Of a stretch of 64,000 nucleotides of DNA, positions 1 to 12,924 are shown piece by piece (position 1 is the first letter of the stretch; each line of letters begins with the position of its first letter). A program made the translations under genes and the position numbers. The stretch lies in NCBI GenBank assembly GCA_951406725.2, contig OX597831.1, positions 3,038,001 through 3,102,000 of the forward strand. Reading direction: 5' to 3'. The notes below the pieces were generated by a model. The model saw only the letters and a list, made by a program, of their open reading frames with translations. It ran no database searches and was not told where the DNA came from. Source of the DNA: Octopus vulgaris (lineage: Eukaryota).

Positions 1-1816
1 TCCTCCTTGCTTTCTAGAAGCTTTCTCACTTGGACTCTATCTATCTCTCTTTATTTCTATCTCCCCCCTATTCCATTATTCATTTCACTCTTTTTCCGTT
101 TTCTCTTTCTCCATTTCTCTTCCTTCATAATCATTTCATAATTGTATCTCTACTCCCCCCCCCGTCTACAGCTCTTCTTCTCTCTTTCCCCCTCTCACCT
201 TCCCTTCTCCTACATATCTCTCTACAAATATTTGGTTTTCCAAACAGCATTTTGAGTAGAAACTTTATAAAAACAAATCCGAAAGGTAAAGGAAAAAGGA
301 AGAACACGAAAAAAAAAAAAGCAAAACCCAAGGTGGGAGAATGAATCCATTAGGAAAGTTGATCGTCTGCTAGACACAGAGGCATACAACATCATGGCCA
401 GGATATTGGAGAACTCCAATAATGTCACCAGCATCACTACTTTTATAAACCGAATCAGCAACTCTGCTATCACCAACACCATGACTACCACCAGCTCTGT
501 CACAGCATCACTACCACCACTATTTATGCTGTAACTATTACCACTATACCCTCACCATCGACTTATACACCGTCGCCATTATCATGACTTCTCTCTATTA
601 TTACTACCGCTTCCCCCACCATCGACTTTTACACCGTCGCCACCATCATGACTACTATCTATCGTTACTCCCCCCCCCCCAATCATCGCCGCCACCACCA
701 TCATCATTGAGTGCTTTAGCTTCGCCACCATCACCGTCATTATCACTACAGCAACAGCAGCATTCCTGACTTCGGCAGTTGTCGGCAGTCGTCGTCATCC
801 TAAACATTTTTTAAAACAACCCTGTCGGACTCTGAAAAAAGAAAGAAGTTAACATCAATTGCTACGAAATGTTGTTGACTGAAAGAATTTTCAAACGTAA
901 CAAACTCGGTAGTTTCGCGGGGGATAAAAGCCTTTATATATTAAAAAAGAGGAGAAAACCGTCTCCTACCAAAAAAAACCCAAAAAAATCCAATCAGTTA
1001 CAAAGACGAAAATTAAAGCTTTAGCTTCCCATCAAGCCAGCCATGTTAAGAGTTATTAGAGAAGCTTATTAGTTCTATTTTCTTTATTAATGTTACAGCT
1101 TCCCTCTCTCTGTCGTTTCTTAATAATTCCTCCCCCTCTCTCTATTCTTAGTTCCTTTTTCCTATTCTCTCACTCTCGCTTTCAATTTCTCTCTCTCTCA
1201 ATTCTTCCACTTCCTCCCCCAATACCTTCTCAATTGCTTTTACTCTATCTTAATTGTTCCTCCCATTCTCACACATTCACTTTACTATTTCTCTTTCAAA
1301 ATACTCTCTCTTCTCTCTTTTTTCCTCTTTCCGTCCCATTTTTTCCCTCTCATTTCATCTTCCTCTCTCTCCCTCTCTCCCCCTCTCCCTCCCTCCTGTA
1401 TACTCTCTACCTCTTAGAGATTCTCTTCCCATTCCCCTCGCTCTCACTCATCTCTTTCCCCCCTGCTCTTCCTCCTCCTCCTCCTCCTCCCTTACTACTC
1501 CCTCCTTATCCATTCTTCCTTTACAACATACAACATCAAAGTTACCAGTAAAATTTATGCATGGTGAGAGTTGTGCTCGGAATGTTTAATTACTTTACAC
1601 GCTTGGATCCAGATAGATTTCTTCATATGCATTCGATTTTCCTCGGAACATAACAAAGGTAAAAAGAAACAAAACAGGAAACAGTGAAATTAGTTCAATT
1701 TTATCATTATATTTATTATTATTATTATTATTTATTATTACTATTATTATTACTATTATTATTATTATTATTATTATTATTGTTTTTCCCCCCTCCCTCC
1801 ACATAACATATATCTC

Positions 1817-1869
<53 letters not shown>

Positions 1870-2830
1870 TCCATACTCTTAATTCATCATTCTCTGCAGA
1901 GTATCTGGCAATTTTCATCTTTTTCAGGACAAGATGAAAAATGAAATTGAATTTTTATATTTAAAAAAAAAAAAAAAAAAAGAGAGAGAAAGAAGTTAAA
2001 AATGGAAACAAAATAAGTATATTATAAATCAAGAAGGGGTTTTTGGTAAAGAAGGAAAGTAAAAAAAACCTCCAAAAAGATTCAAACAAACGCAAAAATC
2101 GCCTCCTTCACACATAACCGTAACAGCACCATGGCTCATTGAGATATATAAATTGTTTCTGATGATATGTAAATTTTTCTGTATCGGTTAAAAATCTAGA
2201 GGAAGGCGGGTGAATGGAAAGAAGGGGAAGAGGAGTTTAAAAGAGATTAGAGATTCTTTTATATATTTTAGTTTTTGATTGTTTTCGATGGCACACAAGG
2301 AAATAATCATCTCAAGATTGTACTGAAGTACGTATAGCCTTCAATTTAATAATGATTTCTAATAAATGGGGGTTGATGGTGGTGGTGATGGTGGTGGTGG
2401 TGGTGGTGGTGGCCGGGACAACAGAGCAGAACAGAACACTATATTAAATGATATTAATGTATTTAATTTCGTCGTCTCTCTCTCTCTCTCTCTACGTACT
2501 TTGAGTTCAAATCATCCCACTTTGACATTATTGCACTAGGGAGCCTCCTCTACGTCGCTGCTGGAAATGGTAGCTAAAATTCCCTCAGATTACACCCTGT
2601 TGTTTTGAAAAAGGAAGGACACAATGTAGTTTATATATATATATATGAGAGAGAAATGGAACAAGAACGCAACAGACGACAATAAAACATCCGGACAGAC
2701 AAACGATACAAAGACGGATAGGAAAAACAGCAAAAGTCGGACAGGAAAAAAACAAGGACAGGTTGTTCGCAGCCTTTTCTCATCAGTCAAGTTTCCAGAT
2801 CATCGTTACAGTGTCGGCCGGTTAAATATA

Positions 2831-3203
2831 TACTCTTACTTGTTTCAGTCATTTGACTGCGGCCATGCTGGAGCACCGCCTTTAGTCGAGCAAATCGACC
2901 CCGGGACTTATTCTTTGTAAGCCCAGTACTTATTCTATCGGTATCTTTTGCCGAACCGCTAAGTGATGGGGACGTAAACACACCAGCATCGGTTGTCAAG
3001 CAATGCTAGGGGGACAAACACAAACATATACACACACATATGACAGGCTTCTTTCAGTTTCCGTCTACCAAATCCACTAACAAGGCATTGGTCGGGCCGG
3101 AGCTATAGCAGAAGACACTTGCCCAAGATGCCACGCAGTGGGACTGAACCCGGAACCATGTGGTTGGTTAGCAAGCTACTTACCACACAGCCACTCCTGC
3201 GCC
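2831..3203 (-). mobile_element. tRNA-derived SINE, family A (full length)
   Basis: Minus strand reads gcgcaggagtggctgtgtggtaag (A-box-like), ccgggttcagtccc (B-box), an internal microsatellite, and the 3' end ggccgcagtcaaatgactgaaacaagtaagag. Near-identical copies recur throughout the window. Confidence 0.9.
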
Positions 3204-4294
3204 TTTGATTATGCCCTGCTCATTTAAGGCTTAACAACTATCGAACTAACTTAAGCCAACGAAGAAGATTAATGTGCTTGTCCGAGCTGCTAGAGATAGC
3301 AACCAGGGTACACAATGACCCCCCCCCCCAAAAAAAAAGATGAGAGGATCATGGTTGGATGGTTTTTTAAAATATAGATTTGCTCGATCAGGCTGAGTAA
3401 AGTAGTTAATTTGTAATATTTAATGACAACTCTTTACGAACTGAGTTCAAATTTCGACCAGGTCAACTTTGCCTTTCGTCCTTCTGGGGTCGATAAACCA
3501 AAAATACTAGTTAAGCACTGGGGTTGATTTAAGAATCTTACAAAGTATTACAAATGAGAAAGGAATTTTAAAAGAAGAATCTTGGAAAAGGATATGTTTA
3601 GTTATGTAAGTCACTACCCTGTAGAAAGAAAATGGGATGGGCGTATCTGGAATGTCTTTTGATTACAGATTTAATCAGAGTTTATATATAGTAGTGGAAT
3701 ATCAGGATGCTGAGTGTTTTACAAAATGCCTGAAGAATTTAGCTACTGCTCTTGATGCCGAGAACTTTTTACCTTCCTTCCGAGATGAGGGGTTGATAAG
3801 ATAAAATGCCATTCAAGTCCTGGGATCGATTTAATTAATATTCCTATATAAAGCATTCTAGATTTGGATGAGATTATTGTAGAAAAACAAGAATTCTTAG
3901 AGAAGGACACGTTTGATGAGATAATGTAATTCACTGCACCTAGGGAAATATAAAACGGGATTGTCGTGGCTGAAAAGACTTTTGATCATAGGCTTGCTCG
4001 ATCAGGTCTGGTTTGGGATCCAACAACAATTGAATTAATGTAGTCCATGGGTTCAAACCATGAATACTACTAACCACCATGCTTGAAAATATCTCACCCT
4101 TGTGAAAAAGCGCATAGCTCTTTTGTCTGGCTTCACTCCTAGTTCACACATTTCCTTCAACTCCATGTAATAAGTTCATTTAAGTACAAAGCTATAACAA
4201 ACAGTCTTGTATGTTTTGTAGATATTCTTCTGAGAGGAAGTGATTCAATGTTTTTTTAGATTTCTTCATTACTCGATGATTGTAACATTCATAG

Positions 4295-4683
4295 GGAGGC
4301 GCAATGGCCCAGTGGTTAGGGCAGCGGACTCGCGGTCATAGGATCGCGGTTTCGATTCCCAGACCGGGCGTTGTGAGTGTTTATTGAGCGAAAACACCTA
4401 AAGCTCCACGAGGCTCCGGCAGGGGATGGTGGTGATCCCTGCTGTACTCTTTCACCACAACTTTCTCTCACTCTTACTTCCTGTTTCTGTTGTACCTGTA
4501 TTTCAAAGGGCCGGCCTTGTCACTCTCTGTGTCACGCTGAATATCCCCGAGAACTACGTTAAGGGTACATGTGTCTGTGGAGTGCTCAGCCACTTACACG
4601 TTAATTTCACGAGCAGGCTGTTCCGTTGATTCGGATCAACCGGAACCCTCGTCGTCGTAACCGACGGAGTGCTTCCTTAAAAA
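4295..4683 (+). mobile_element. tRNA(Arg)-like SINE, family C (full length)
   Basis: Head ggaggcgcaatggcccagtggttagggcagcggactcgcgg...ggtttcgattccc. An 11-bp TSD aacattcatag lies at 4284-4294 and 4684-4694. Near-identical inverted copy at 31424-31811. Confidence 0.92.
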
Positions 4684-5224
4684 AACATTCATAGACAGTG
4701 AATAAAACAGGCAGTTTTTAGAGCATAAAAGAAAACGCTTTGCGGTATTTGCTTTGGTTCCCTGCTTCATGAGTTCAAATCTCGCTGAGATCAGCTTTGC
4801 CTTTCATTCATTTAGTGCCGATAAAATAAAGTACCATTCTAGTATTGTGGTGGATTGTCAGAATGTCCAGTTATCAGACGAGATGCCTTGCAGCATTTAT
4901 CCTAACTCTATGCGTTCTGAGTTCAGATCTTGCCACGATCAACTTTACTTTTCTTCCTTTCGTGGTCGATAAAATATAGAAAGTCTAACCAAAGAATGCC
5001 ACAAAATGCCTTGTGGTATTTTATTCTGGCTCCTTGTGTCCCGTATTCTTAGATAGTAGACTCAGTCTTGTTTAATACCACATTTGGTCCTTGAATTCCT
5101 TCAGCTGCAATTCACTCTGTTGCGTGCATTCTGTCCAGCACTTCCAGTTTGAGAATAACTTTCTCTCACCAGTGGTCATGAAAAAGATAAAGGTCCATGG
5201 ACGCTGTCCTTCCTTCTTTCACTA

Positions 5225-5284
<60 letters not shown>

Positions 5285-5286
<2 letters not shown>

Positions 5287-5505
5287 CTCGACGGGCAAAT
5301 AACATGACCGCCCGAACTCAAGATCTTTATCGAGACCCCACTTTATGTATGCATGTACCTGACGAGACCCAGACTGCAAAATGGATGCAACACAACATGA
5401 TACACGGAGTCCCACCCATAAGGGACAGTAGCAAGATGGGTCGAAGCGATCGTCGTGCAAAATAAAGACTAATACCAAATCCATCTTCTGGTTACTTAAT
5501 CAATG

Positions 5506-5506
<1 letters not shown>
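5285..5506 (+). mobile_element. Penelope-like solo terminal-repeat fragment within (TA)n
   Basis: About 220 bp of unique sequence bracketed by (TA)n at 5229-5284 and 5507-5588. Contains a hammerhead fold followed by aataaa (5461-5466). Confidence 0.55.
5354..5459 (+). ncRNA. Type I hammerhead ribozyme-like motif with extended helix II
   Basis: tgtac-CTGACGA-gaccca...(65 nt)...tgggtc-GAAG-cgatcg-TC-gtgca. Helices I and II pair and the helix III region is palindromic. Canonical GAAA reads GAAG. Confidence 0.65.
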
Positions 5507-5585
<79 letters not shown>

Positions 5586-5591
<6 letters not shown>

Positions 5592-5860
5592 AAATTGTTT
5601 ATATAGTCGCTCTACCTTCTAGAAATATATGCCAAATTCTTTCAGATCAAACTCAATGTTTATTTTTGTCTTCGTAGCGCAGCAGGAGATAAATAAAAAA
5701 TACATCCACTTGTTTTCATATATATGTTCCTCTTATCACAAATTTTTTATATAGTCGCTCTACCTTCTAGAAATATCTGCCAAATTCTCTCAGATCACAC
5801 TCAATGTTTGTTTTTCTCTTCGTAGCGCAGCAGGAGATCAAATAAACGCAGCTCACTTGT
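5586..5860. repeat. Diverged tandem duplication, period about 148 bp
   Basis: tatcacaaatt...atatagtcgctctaccttctagaaatat...tcttcgtagcgcagcaggagat occurs at 5586 and 5734. Confidence 0.85.
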
Positions 5861-5983
5861 GACGGAAATGTATTTAAAAAAAAGTTACGAATTCCAAAAT
5901 ATTGAAAAATTATTATATTATTATTATTAACCTTGTTTATATTAATCAGACTAAGAACTGCACGAAAAGGAAAATAACTCATT

Positions 5984-6364
5984 TATCTTTTTCTTGTTTC
6001 AGTCATTAGACTGCGGCTATGCTGGGGCACTACCTCGAAGAATATCTAGTCAAATGAATACACTCCAATATTTTTTTTAAAGCCTAGTATTTATTATATC
6101 AGTGTCTTTTGCCGAACCGCTAAGTTATGAGGACGTAAATATACCAACACTAGTTGTTAAGCAGTGGTGGGGGATGGGGGACAAATACAGACACACACAC
6201 ACAATGGGCTTCTTTCTGTTTCCGTCTACCAAATCCACTCACAAAGCTTTAGTCGGGTCGAGGCTATAGTAGAAGACACTTGCCGAAGGTGCCACGCAGT
6301 GGGACTGAACCCGGAACCATGTGGCTGGTAAGCAACCTACTTACCACACAATCACTCCTGCGCC
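5984..6364 (-). mobile_element. SINE family A, diverged
   Basis: Colinear with 2831-3203. Confidence 0.85.
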
Positions 6365-8241
6365 ATACCTGCACTTATTTGTAAAATATACATCTCTTTC
6401 CTCTGAGCCAACCGAAATAAAACTGAAATTTTGAGGGAACATCAAATCTAGTTAACATACAGTTTACTATCCTAAAAAAATTGAAAGTAATTGCGATAGA
6501 AACCGAAAGTGACATCCCAGCACTCCTTGTAAGCAATGTATTCGACATAACCAATGTACAGAACGTACATATATTTGATATAATATGAAAACCATACATC
6601 TGTTTTATATAAGATGAAAATAATCACAAACTGAAACGGGGTACCTCAGCTTCTACTTCTGAAATACTTAACATATCACTAGGTGTCTGTGAACGTGGGA
6701 TAATGGTGGTGGTGGTGGTGGTGAGGGGTATGATTTTATGAAATTTTGAGATCATTGTCGTCACTTCCGGTTTCTGCCGCATTTACTTTCACTTTCGTTA
6801 AGGACACTCCAATCCAAAGATGTCATTCAAATCACTTGATAAGGGAAATATTTTTTTTATTTTAAGGAAACGACCACGAATCCATCACAGATCCTCTGGA
6901 ATGTTGCTCAATCGGTTATAAACATCAGCCTAATCTTCCTCAAATTACACCCTACCATTTTTAGAAAAAAAAAAAAGGTAAAAGAGACAATGTGTCATGT
7001 AGTCGTTCATTTCCCAAATGTCGTATTGGTCGGGCTTGTAAATCCTTTCTTTGATGAGAGGCCTCCTCGATTAGAGATGAACTTTGACTAAGCAAGGACA
7101 AAAGAACGACTGTAGTATATTATTATACTTTACAGAGACATAAGCAACATTTGGCAGAAATAAATTTATAGTCCCACGTCAGACTTGGTTCAAAAGACCC
7201 TATAATCAAAGTCTTTATTTTAAAGAAAATTTGGCTACTATTGCTAGCTAGTCGTGTGACCATGTAGTGGTTCCCTTGTTTGGTTTATGATTGAAACAAG
7301 CTAAACAAAATGTTTTACAGCTTTTCGTTTCACTCCTCTATGAACGGAGTTCAAATTTATTCGAATATACCTCTTTCCTTTTACAGACTTGTGGCCGCGT
7401 GCCAGTTTAAGAAATCAATATTCTGTAGCAATACCGCTGCTACTTAATAATATTTCACCACAGTTTATTTACTTCTTACTGCTGACTGTTGGTAACCCTC
7501 TCTTGTTTAATTCTGGGCTAAACGTATTTTAAGGTATTTTCTTTCTATCTATAAACCAGTCGATGCCTGTCCCCGCCAAAAGTAGCACTCATTGTGCTCT
7601 ATTTTAACAGAACTAGCTAAAATTTAGATGTAACTGTGCTTTTATAAAACGAAAATAGAGAAAGACTATAGTCAAGTATCCTGTCTAGTTTATACTGTAT
7701 CGGCCATGATTACCATTCTCTTATCAGAAATTATTGATTTCGTTTGATTAGGCACGCGGCCAATTTTAGCAAAGATAGGTATAGTCGCTTTAATCAATCC
7801 CCAATGTATTAGTGGTACTAATCAAATATAATCACTAGAAATTGAAGAGACGAGTTGGTGGTCTGCTTCGGCACGAGTAAACATGTTGAAAGACATTGAA
7901 TCTTTCGAAGGAACAATTTATGATGGTGTGTCTGCCGTTCAGTAAGAAATTGAAACTAATTCAGAACCCACTACCACCGCCAATAGAAGACACAATAGGT
8001 CTTCCCTCTATCCAGCATGATTGCAAGTTAGAGAACTTGAAAGTCTGAGGTAAAATAGATAGAAATATAGTCCAATCTTCAAAGAAAAAAAAAAAAAAGA
8101 TCTTAAGCATTGTTTGTCTTAAGTTATTTAACCCCAAGTCATCCTTAGCTGAACAGTGGTATTACTGATCAAAGAGGTTTCAACCATTTTCCTTCCTTTC
8201 CTTTTTTTAAAAAAAATTTTTTTAATCAAATACTGTATAAA

Positions 8242-8850
8242 GCAGGCATGGCTGTGTGGTAAGCAGCTTGCTTACCAACCACATGGTTCCGGGTTGAGTT
8301 TCACTGCGTGGCACCTTGAGCAAGTGTCTTCTACTATAGCCTCGGTCCAACAAAAGCCTTGTGAGTGGATTTGGTAGAAGGAAACTGAAAGAAGCCCGTC
8401 GTATATATGTATATATATATGTGTGTGTATGTATGTATGTGTATGTGTTTGTGTGTCTGTGTTTGTCCCCCAACATCGCTTGGATCGACCAAAGCCTTGT
8501 GAGTGGATTTGGTAGACGGAAACTGAAAGAAGCCAGTAGTATATATTTGTGTGTGTGGGGGTATTGACGTCCAGTGTGTGTGGGGGGGGTATTGACGTCC
8601 GGTGTTGGTGTGCTTACGCCCCCGTAACTAAGGGTTCGGCAAAAGTCACCGATAGAATGTCAGGCTTTGAAAAAATTGCTGAAGTACCGGGGTCGATTAA
8701 TTCGACTAAAAAATTCCTCGGGTCGCTGCCCCAGTATGGCCGCAGTCTAATGATTGAAACGAGTAAAAGATAAAAGAAGCATTTTACCTTCTGACTAACG
8801 GCGGTGTTCCAGCATGGCCACAGTCACATGACTGAAACAAACGAAAAAAG
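8242..8850 (+). mobile_element. SINE family A, composite with internal duplications
   Basis: Family A head at 8242. The block caaagccttgtgagtggatttggtag occurs twice and the 3' tail appears twice. Confidence 0.8.
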
Positions 8851-9116
8851 TTCTTTGTCTGAAATGCATCAGGGTCGACTTTGTTGTTCAACATACTACC
8901 ATGGTTGTTGTTGTTGTTGTTGCTGCTGCTAGTCTAAGCACCCCTTATTCAGCAATCGTGTGATCAAAGATGTACCATTAATGGAATAACATCACCATTT
9001 TAAGACCCCGAGATATGATTTGAGGAAAGAATTCGTTTATAATTTCTACGTAGGGCAACCGCGTCAGGATTTCAGTACCTGTGATATCTTTGTGTCGGTA
9101 CAATAGATCATATTTT

Positions 9117-9537
9117 GGCGATCTTTCGTCTCTAGTAGAGCTTTCCGTCGATTTCCGTAAAAATTTTTTTTTTTTTTACATATGGGCTTGCGGGAACTTT
9201 TGAAGTAATATACATACATATACACATACACCGAGTAAAAAATTTCAGTTATCTCTTTCTTTCACACATTACTCTGTCTCTTCACACATACTAACAGAAG
9301 CACTTCACTTACACAACATACTGTCTGTCTCCCACACCCCATCAAACACACACACACACATGTCCATCAATGCTTCCCATGCACGGTAACTTCAAAAGAA
9401 CTTCCCTCGTCATACAATCGCTTTCTCTTAGTCTCTTTCGCTCTCATTACTTCAAAAGTTCCCGCAAGCCCACATGTAAAAAAAAAAAATTTTTTACGGA
9501 AATCGACGGAAAGGTCTACTAGAGACGAAAGATTGCC
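9117..9537. mobile_element. MITE with about 90-bp TIRs and 8-bp TSD (Merlin-like)
   Basis: ggcgatctttcgtctctagtaga...gcgggaacttttgaagtaat is mirrored by attacttcaaaagttcccgc...tctactagagacgaaagattgcc. Flanks are catatttt / catatttg. Confidence 0.9.
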
Positions 9538-10296
9538 CATATTTGTTTCCTTCACCACCACACCGAAAGAAATCAATTGGCCTGGTTCCTAGTCAAAAAG
9601 GAATCGCTAAAAAAAATGTCCTAATAAATTAATTAACAGCCTGCAGTTATCGTCTGCAAAATAGGTACTGTAGATGTCAGCTGAATAAACACTAGAAAGA
9701 CACCATCTGTGGATGTTGACTGAATAGATAATCACAGTCTGTCTGTCGATGACGCTCACCGGTTAGATGGACATTGCCTGTAGATATTGACTGGCTAGAC
9801 ACAGTGAAGATGGTGACTGGCTAGAGATAAGCGTGTAGATTGTAAATTAGATACCACAAACTTCATAGTCTTTCTTTTTCCTTCTTTTTTTATATTTATA
9901 TCACTGGTATTTCATCGAGCGAGAAGAACAGAAGGTTAAGTTAACCTCAACTCCCGACGAGAATTTATCTCCGCAATGTTTTTTTTTCAAAGTGTAATAA
10001 TGTTCAACCAATGATATATACCCACCTTGACAAGAAACAGAGAAGCGTGGATGGTTCGATCGATCGAATCCTCGCGACTGATAAAATATAAACGTCTGAG
10101 AGGACGCATGCGTGCTTTGGATCACTAAATGCTGGATGCTATCTCCGAGATGCGAATTGAAATAACCTTCAATGACTGCTGAATCATACAATATAGCTTG
10201 TCAATATACCTAGACATCAACTAGTGCGCTAGGGTTCGAGTTTTACCGGATTTTCACTTATAGTTCTCATTTTCATTAAAAGTCATTTCTACCTGA

Positions 10297-10330
<34 letters not shown>

Positions 10331-11675
10331 TCTTCGTTCACTTTGGATTAGCCCTAAAAACAACGGCAAAATGAAATGTAACTGCAACATGATAAGAAAC
10401 AGCAGAAATTCGTATTCTGCCTCGTCAAAATAGTAGTACGCCACGTTCATAAAGTGGAATAAATTATTTTGCCATGAGGAATAAGAGAAGCCGACTTTAT
10501 GGTTTGTCGTGTAAGCATTAAAATTGAGACTTTATAGAGGAAGTTGACTTTATACTTTTCTTAATGATATGGGCAACGTAAGTGAAGTGAAACGATAATA
10601 GTAGCCATATTGCGACATACTGTGGAACATTTAATATCCGCCTTACTGTAAACTGCAGTTTTTACTTGGCTACCAAGTTGCTATAGTGTATCAAACTGTA
10701 GCCATATTGTGACGACTCACTATAGAATCATTGTAATATTGTCAGTTTTAACTTGCAAGTAACCATGGCATTGTCGAATAGTAAGCTACATTGTAACTGA
10801 ATTTCATTGCCAACTTGCTGTAGTTTATCAAATAGAAGCAATGTTCTTTCAAATGTTCAGCGACAGCCATATTGATAAACGACAGTATGTTAGCATTAAA
10901 TAGTTGCCATGCTGTTATATTCTATTAAACGGTGGCTTGGTTGTTACTACACACTTGTTAAATGGTTCGGTTTTAGTGCATGACTATCAAGTCGCCAGTT
11001 ACATTTGATGTTGTAGTCAAGTGGCAGTTTTGTTTACATCATAAACAAAGGCAAATAGCGATAAATGTACTAAACAGTGCTGTGTTGGGAGAGGGAACAC
11101 ATGTGAATATATATATGCAGAAATAACCGCATCATGACATCACATGATCTTGTCCCTGATTATCAAAATGGAAGACATCATAAAATCGTGATTTTGACGG
11201 AAAGTTAACAAAGAAAAGATAATGCAATTTATAATTTTTTTTTCTTATCACTCATATTTATCGTGTATTTAATAATTTCATTCGTTTTTTAATTTTTAAT
11301 TTCAGCTCGTTTTGGTCGTTGAAACTCGTGAACTAAACTCGATGTTTACTGCTTTGTGTTAAGTCTTAGTGTTATATTATAACCGCCATATTGTAATTTG
11401 TATAATGGTAACCATGTTTGCAACCCACTATTGTATATGAAACAACGATATGGCTACACACTTTTATAAAGAAACTGTCACATCATTACAGTCTGGTAAT
11501 TGGTAGATGTCTATTATCATACATGAAACTGCACTCATTGTACAGGCTCAACCTTCGTACTTCAATGAGCATTACTAAATTTCTTATTAAATACTTAAAA
11601 ATTCCATCTCTATTTGTGAATGTGTGTGTGTGTGTGTATGTATGAAGCTATCTATCTATCTATCCATCCTTTATC

Positions 11676-11718
<43 letters not shown>

Positions 11719-12924
11719 ATTACTTTCTAAACAAAATCCATTTATTTCTCTGGGTTTCTTTTTCTTTTTAAATATACATCAATGAAGAATAAGTTTGGAA
11801 TTAATTAAAATTTATGAAAGAAAACTATAACGAAGAAAAATCAGTCAGAAAGACAAAAAGAAAAGATAACCCGCCAGCGGGGGGAATATAAAATGAAAAG
11901 AAAACAAGCAGAAGATTGCTTTTATATATTTTTTTCAGTCAGGAAGGTAATTTGGTATGTCACTCTCTTTCTCTCTCTCTCCCTGTCTGTCTGAAGGAAA
12001 TAGTGCAGTAATAGGCAAAGGACATTAAAAGTTTATATGGTGTAAAAGGAGTGCCTGACAAGTTGGCAGGCTAGTCCTACATACACACACACACACACAC
12101 GTTATATTTATATATACACTATCTGCTGTTAAAAGATGTAATTGTCAAAAAGTCAGCTCAAGCCGTGAGTCATTTGTAAAGTCGGCAGGGTTTTTCGGTG
12201 ATGAACCCTAAAACGTTTTAAGTGCAAGCTTAACCGTGTGTGGTTTACTAGATAATATTGTTTGAGTTGCTAGCTAAAGTGAATGTATTGAAAGGAAGTC
12301 GGCTGGGTATATATATATATATATATGTGGTTAGCTACCTCTCAAAGTACTGTGTGCTTCGGGTCTTTATACAAAACACAGATAAATAAAGCTAAAGTCA
12401 AACAAAACTAGTACGACTGCGCCAGCTCTCGCACACACAGACTACATAATTAAATGAATTATCTTTAGTCATGTGTGTGGCATATATAAAATGGTTGGAG
12501 AGTTATTTCAGTTGGTAGAGAAATGTGTTTTTAGAACCCTCTCACACATTTCGCCAACACTCAGGAAATGAAAACTGATTTAGATTACGGAGTCAAAACT
12601 AATTGTTTTTCTTCCATTTTTCGTTCTGATTTTAACAACCTTACGTCTGTTTCTACATTAATTTTGTGATTTGATTGTTTTTTGTTCACTCAGATAATTT
12701 GCTCTCGTCTTTAATGCCCGGATACTGTTCCTTAAGGCGAACTAATTAGCTTTAAGAGGGGGGAAAGAATGACTACGGTGTGATGGTGGAGTAGCAAGAA
12801 ATGGAGTAATTAAGAACACAACGTAAAGGCAATCACAAAGGATAAAAAGCTTGACCACCGCCATAGATATATCCCGTCTCACCCCACACATACACACCAT
12901 TGTATTACAACAGTATTTCTCTTT

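Noticed and set aside
331-850. Plus-strand open stretch RWENESIRKVDRLLDTEAYNIMAR and minus-strand acceptor at 832
   Set aside because: No recognisable homology, and all three frames after the acceptor stop within 12 codons. It could be UTR but cannot be supported.
2787-2999. Recurrent ORF MTTDAGVFTSPSLSGSAK (also 13197, 16935, 37467)
   Set aside because: Chance frame in SINE A with a non-ATG start and variable ends.
3615-3640. taccctgtaga resembling miR-10
   Set aside because: The match stops at 11 nt, no hairpin is evident, and it lies in a decayed family E repeat.
4295-4368. tRNA-Arg(TCG) gene
   Set aside because: It is the head of a SINE with body, tail and TSD.
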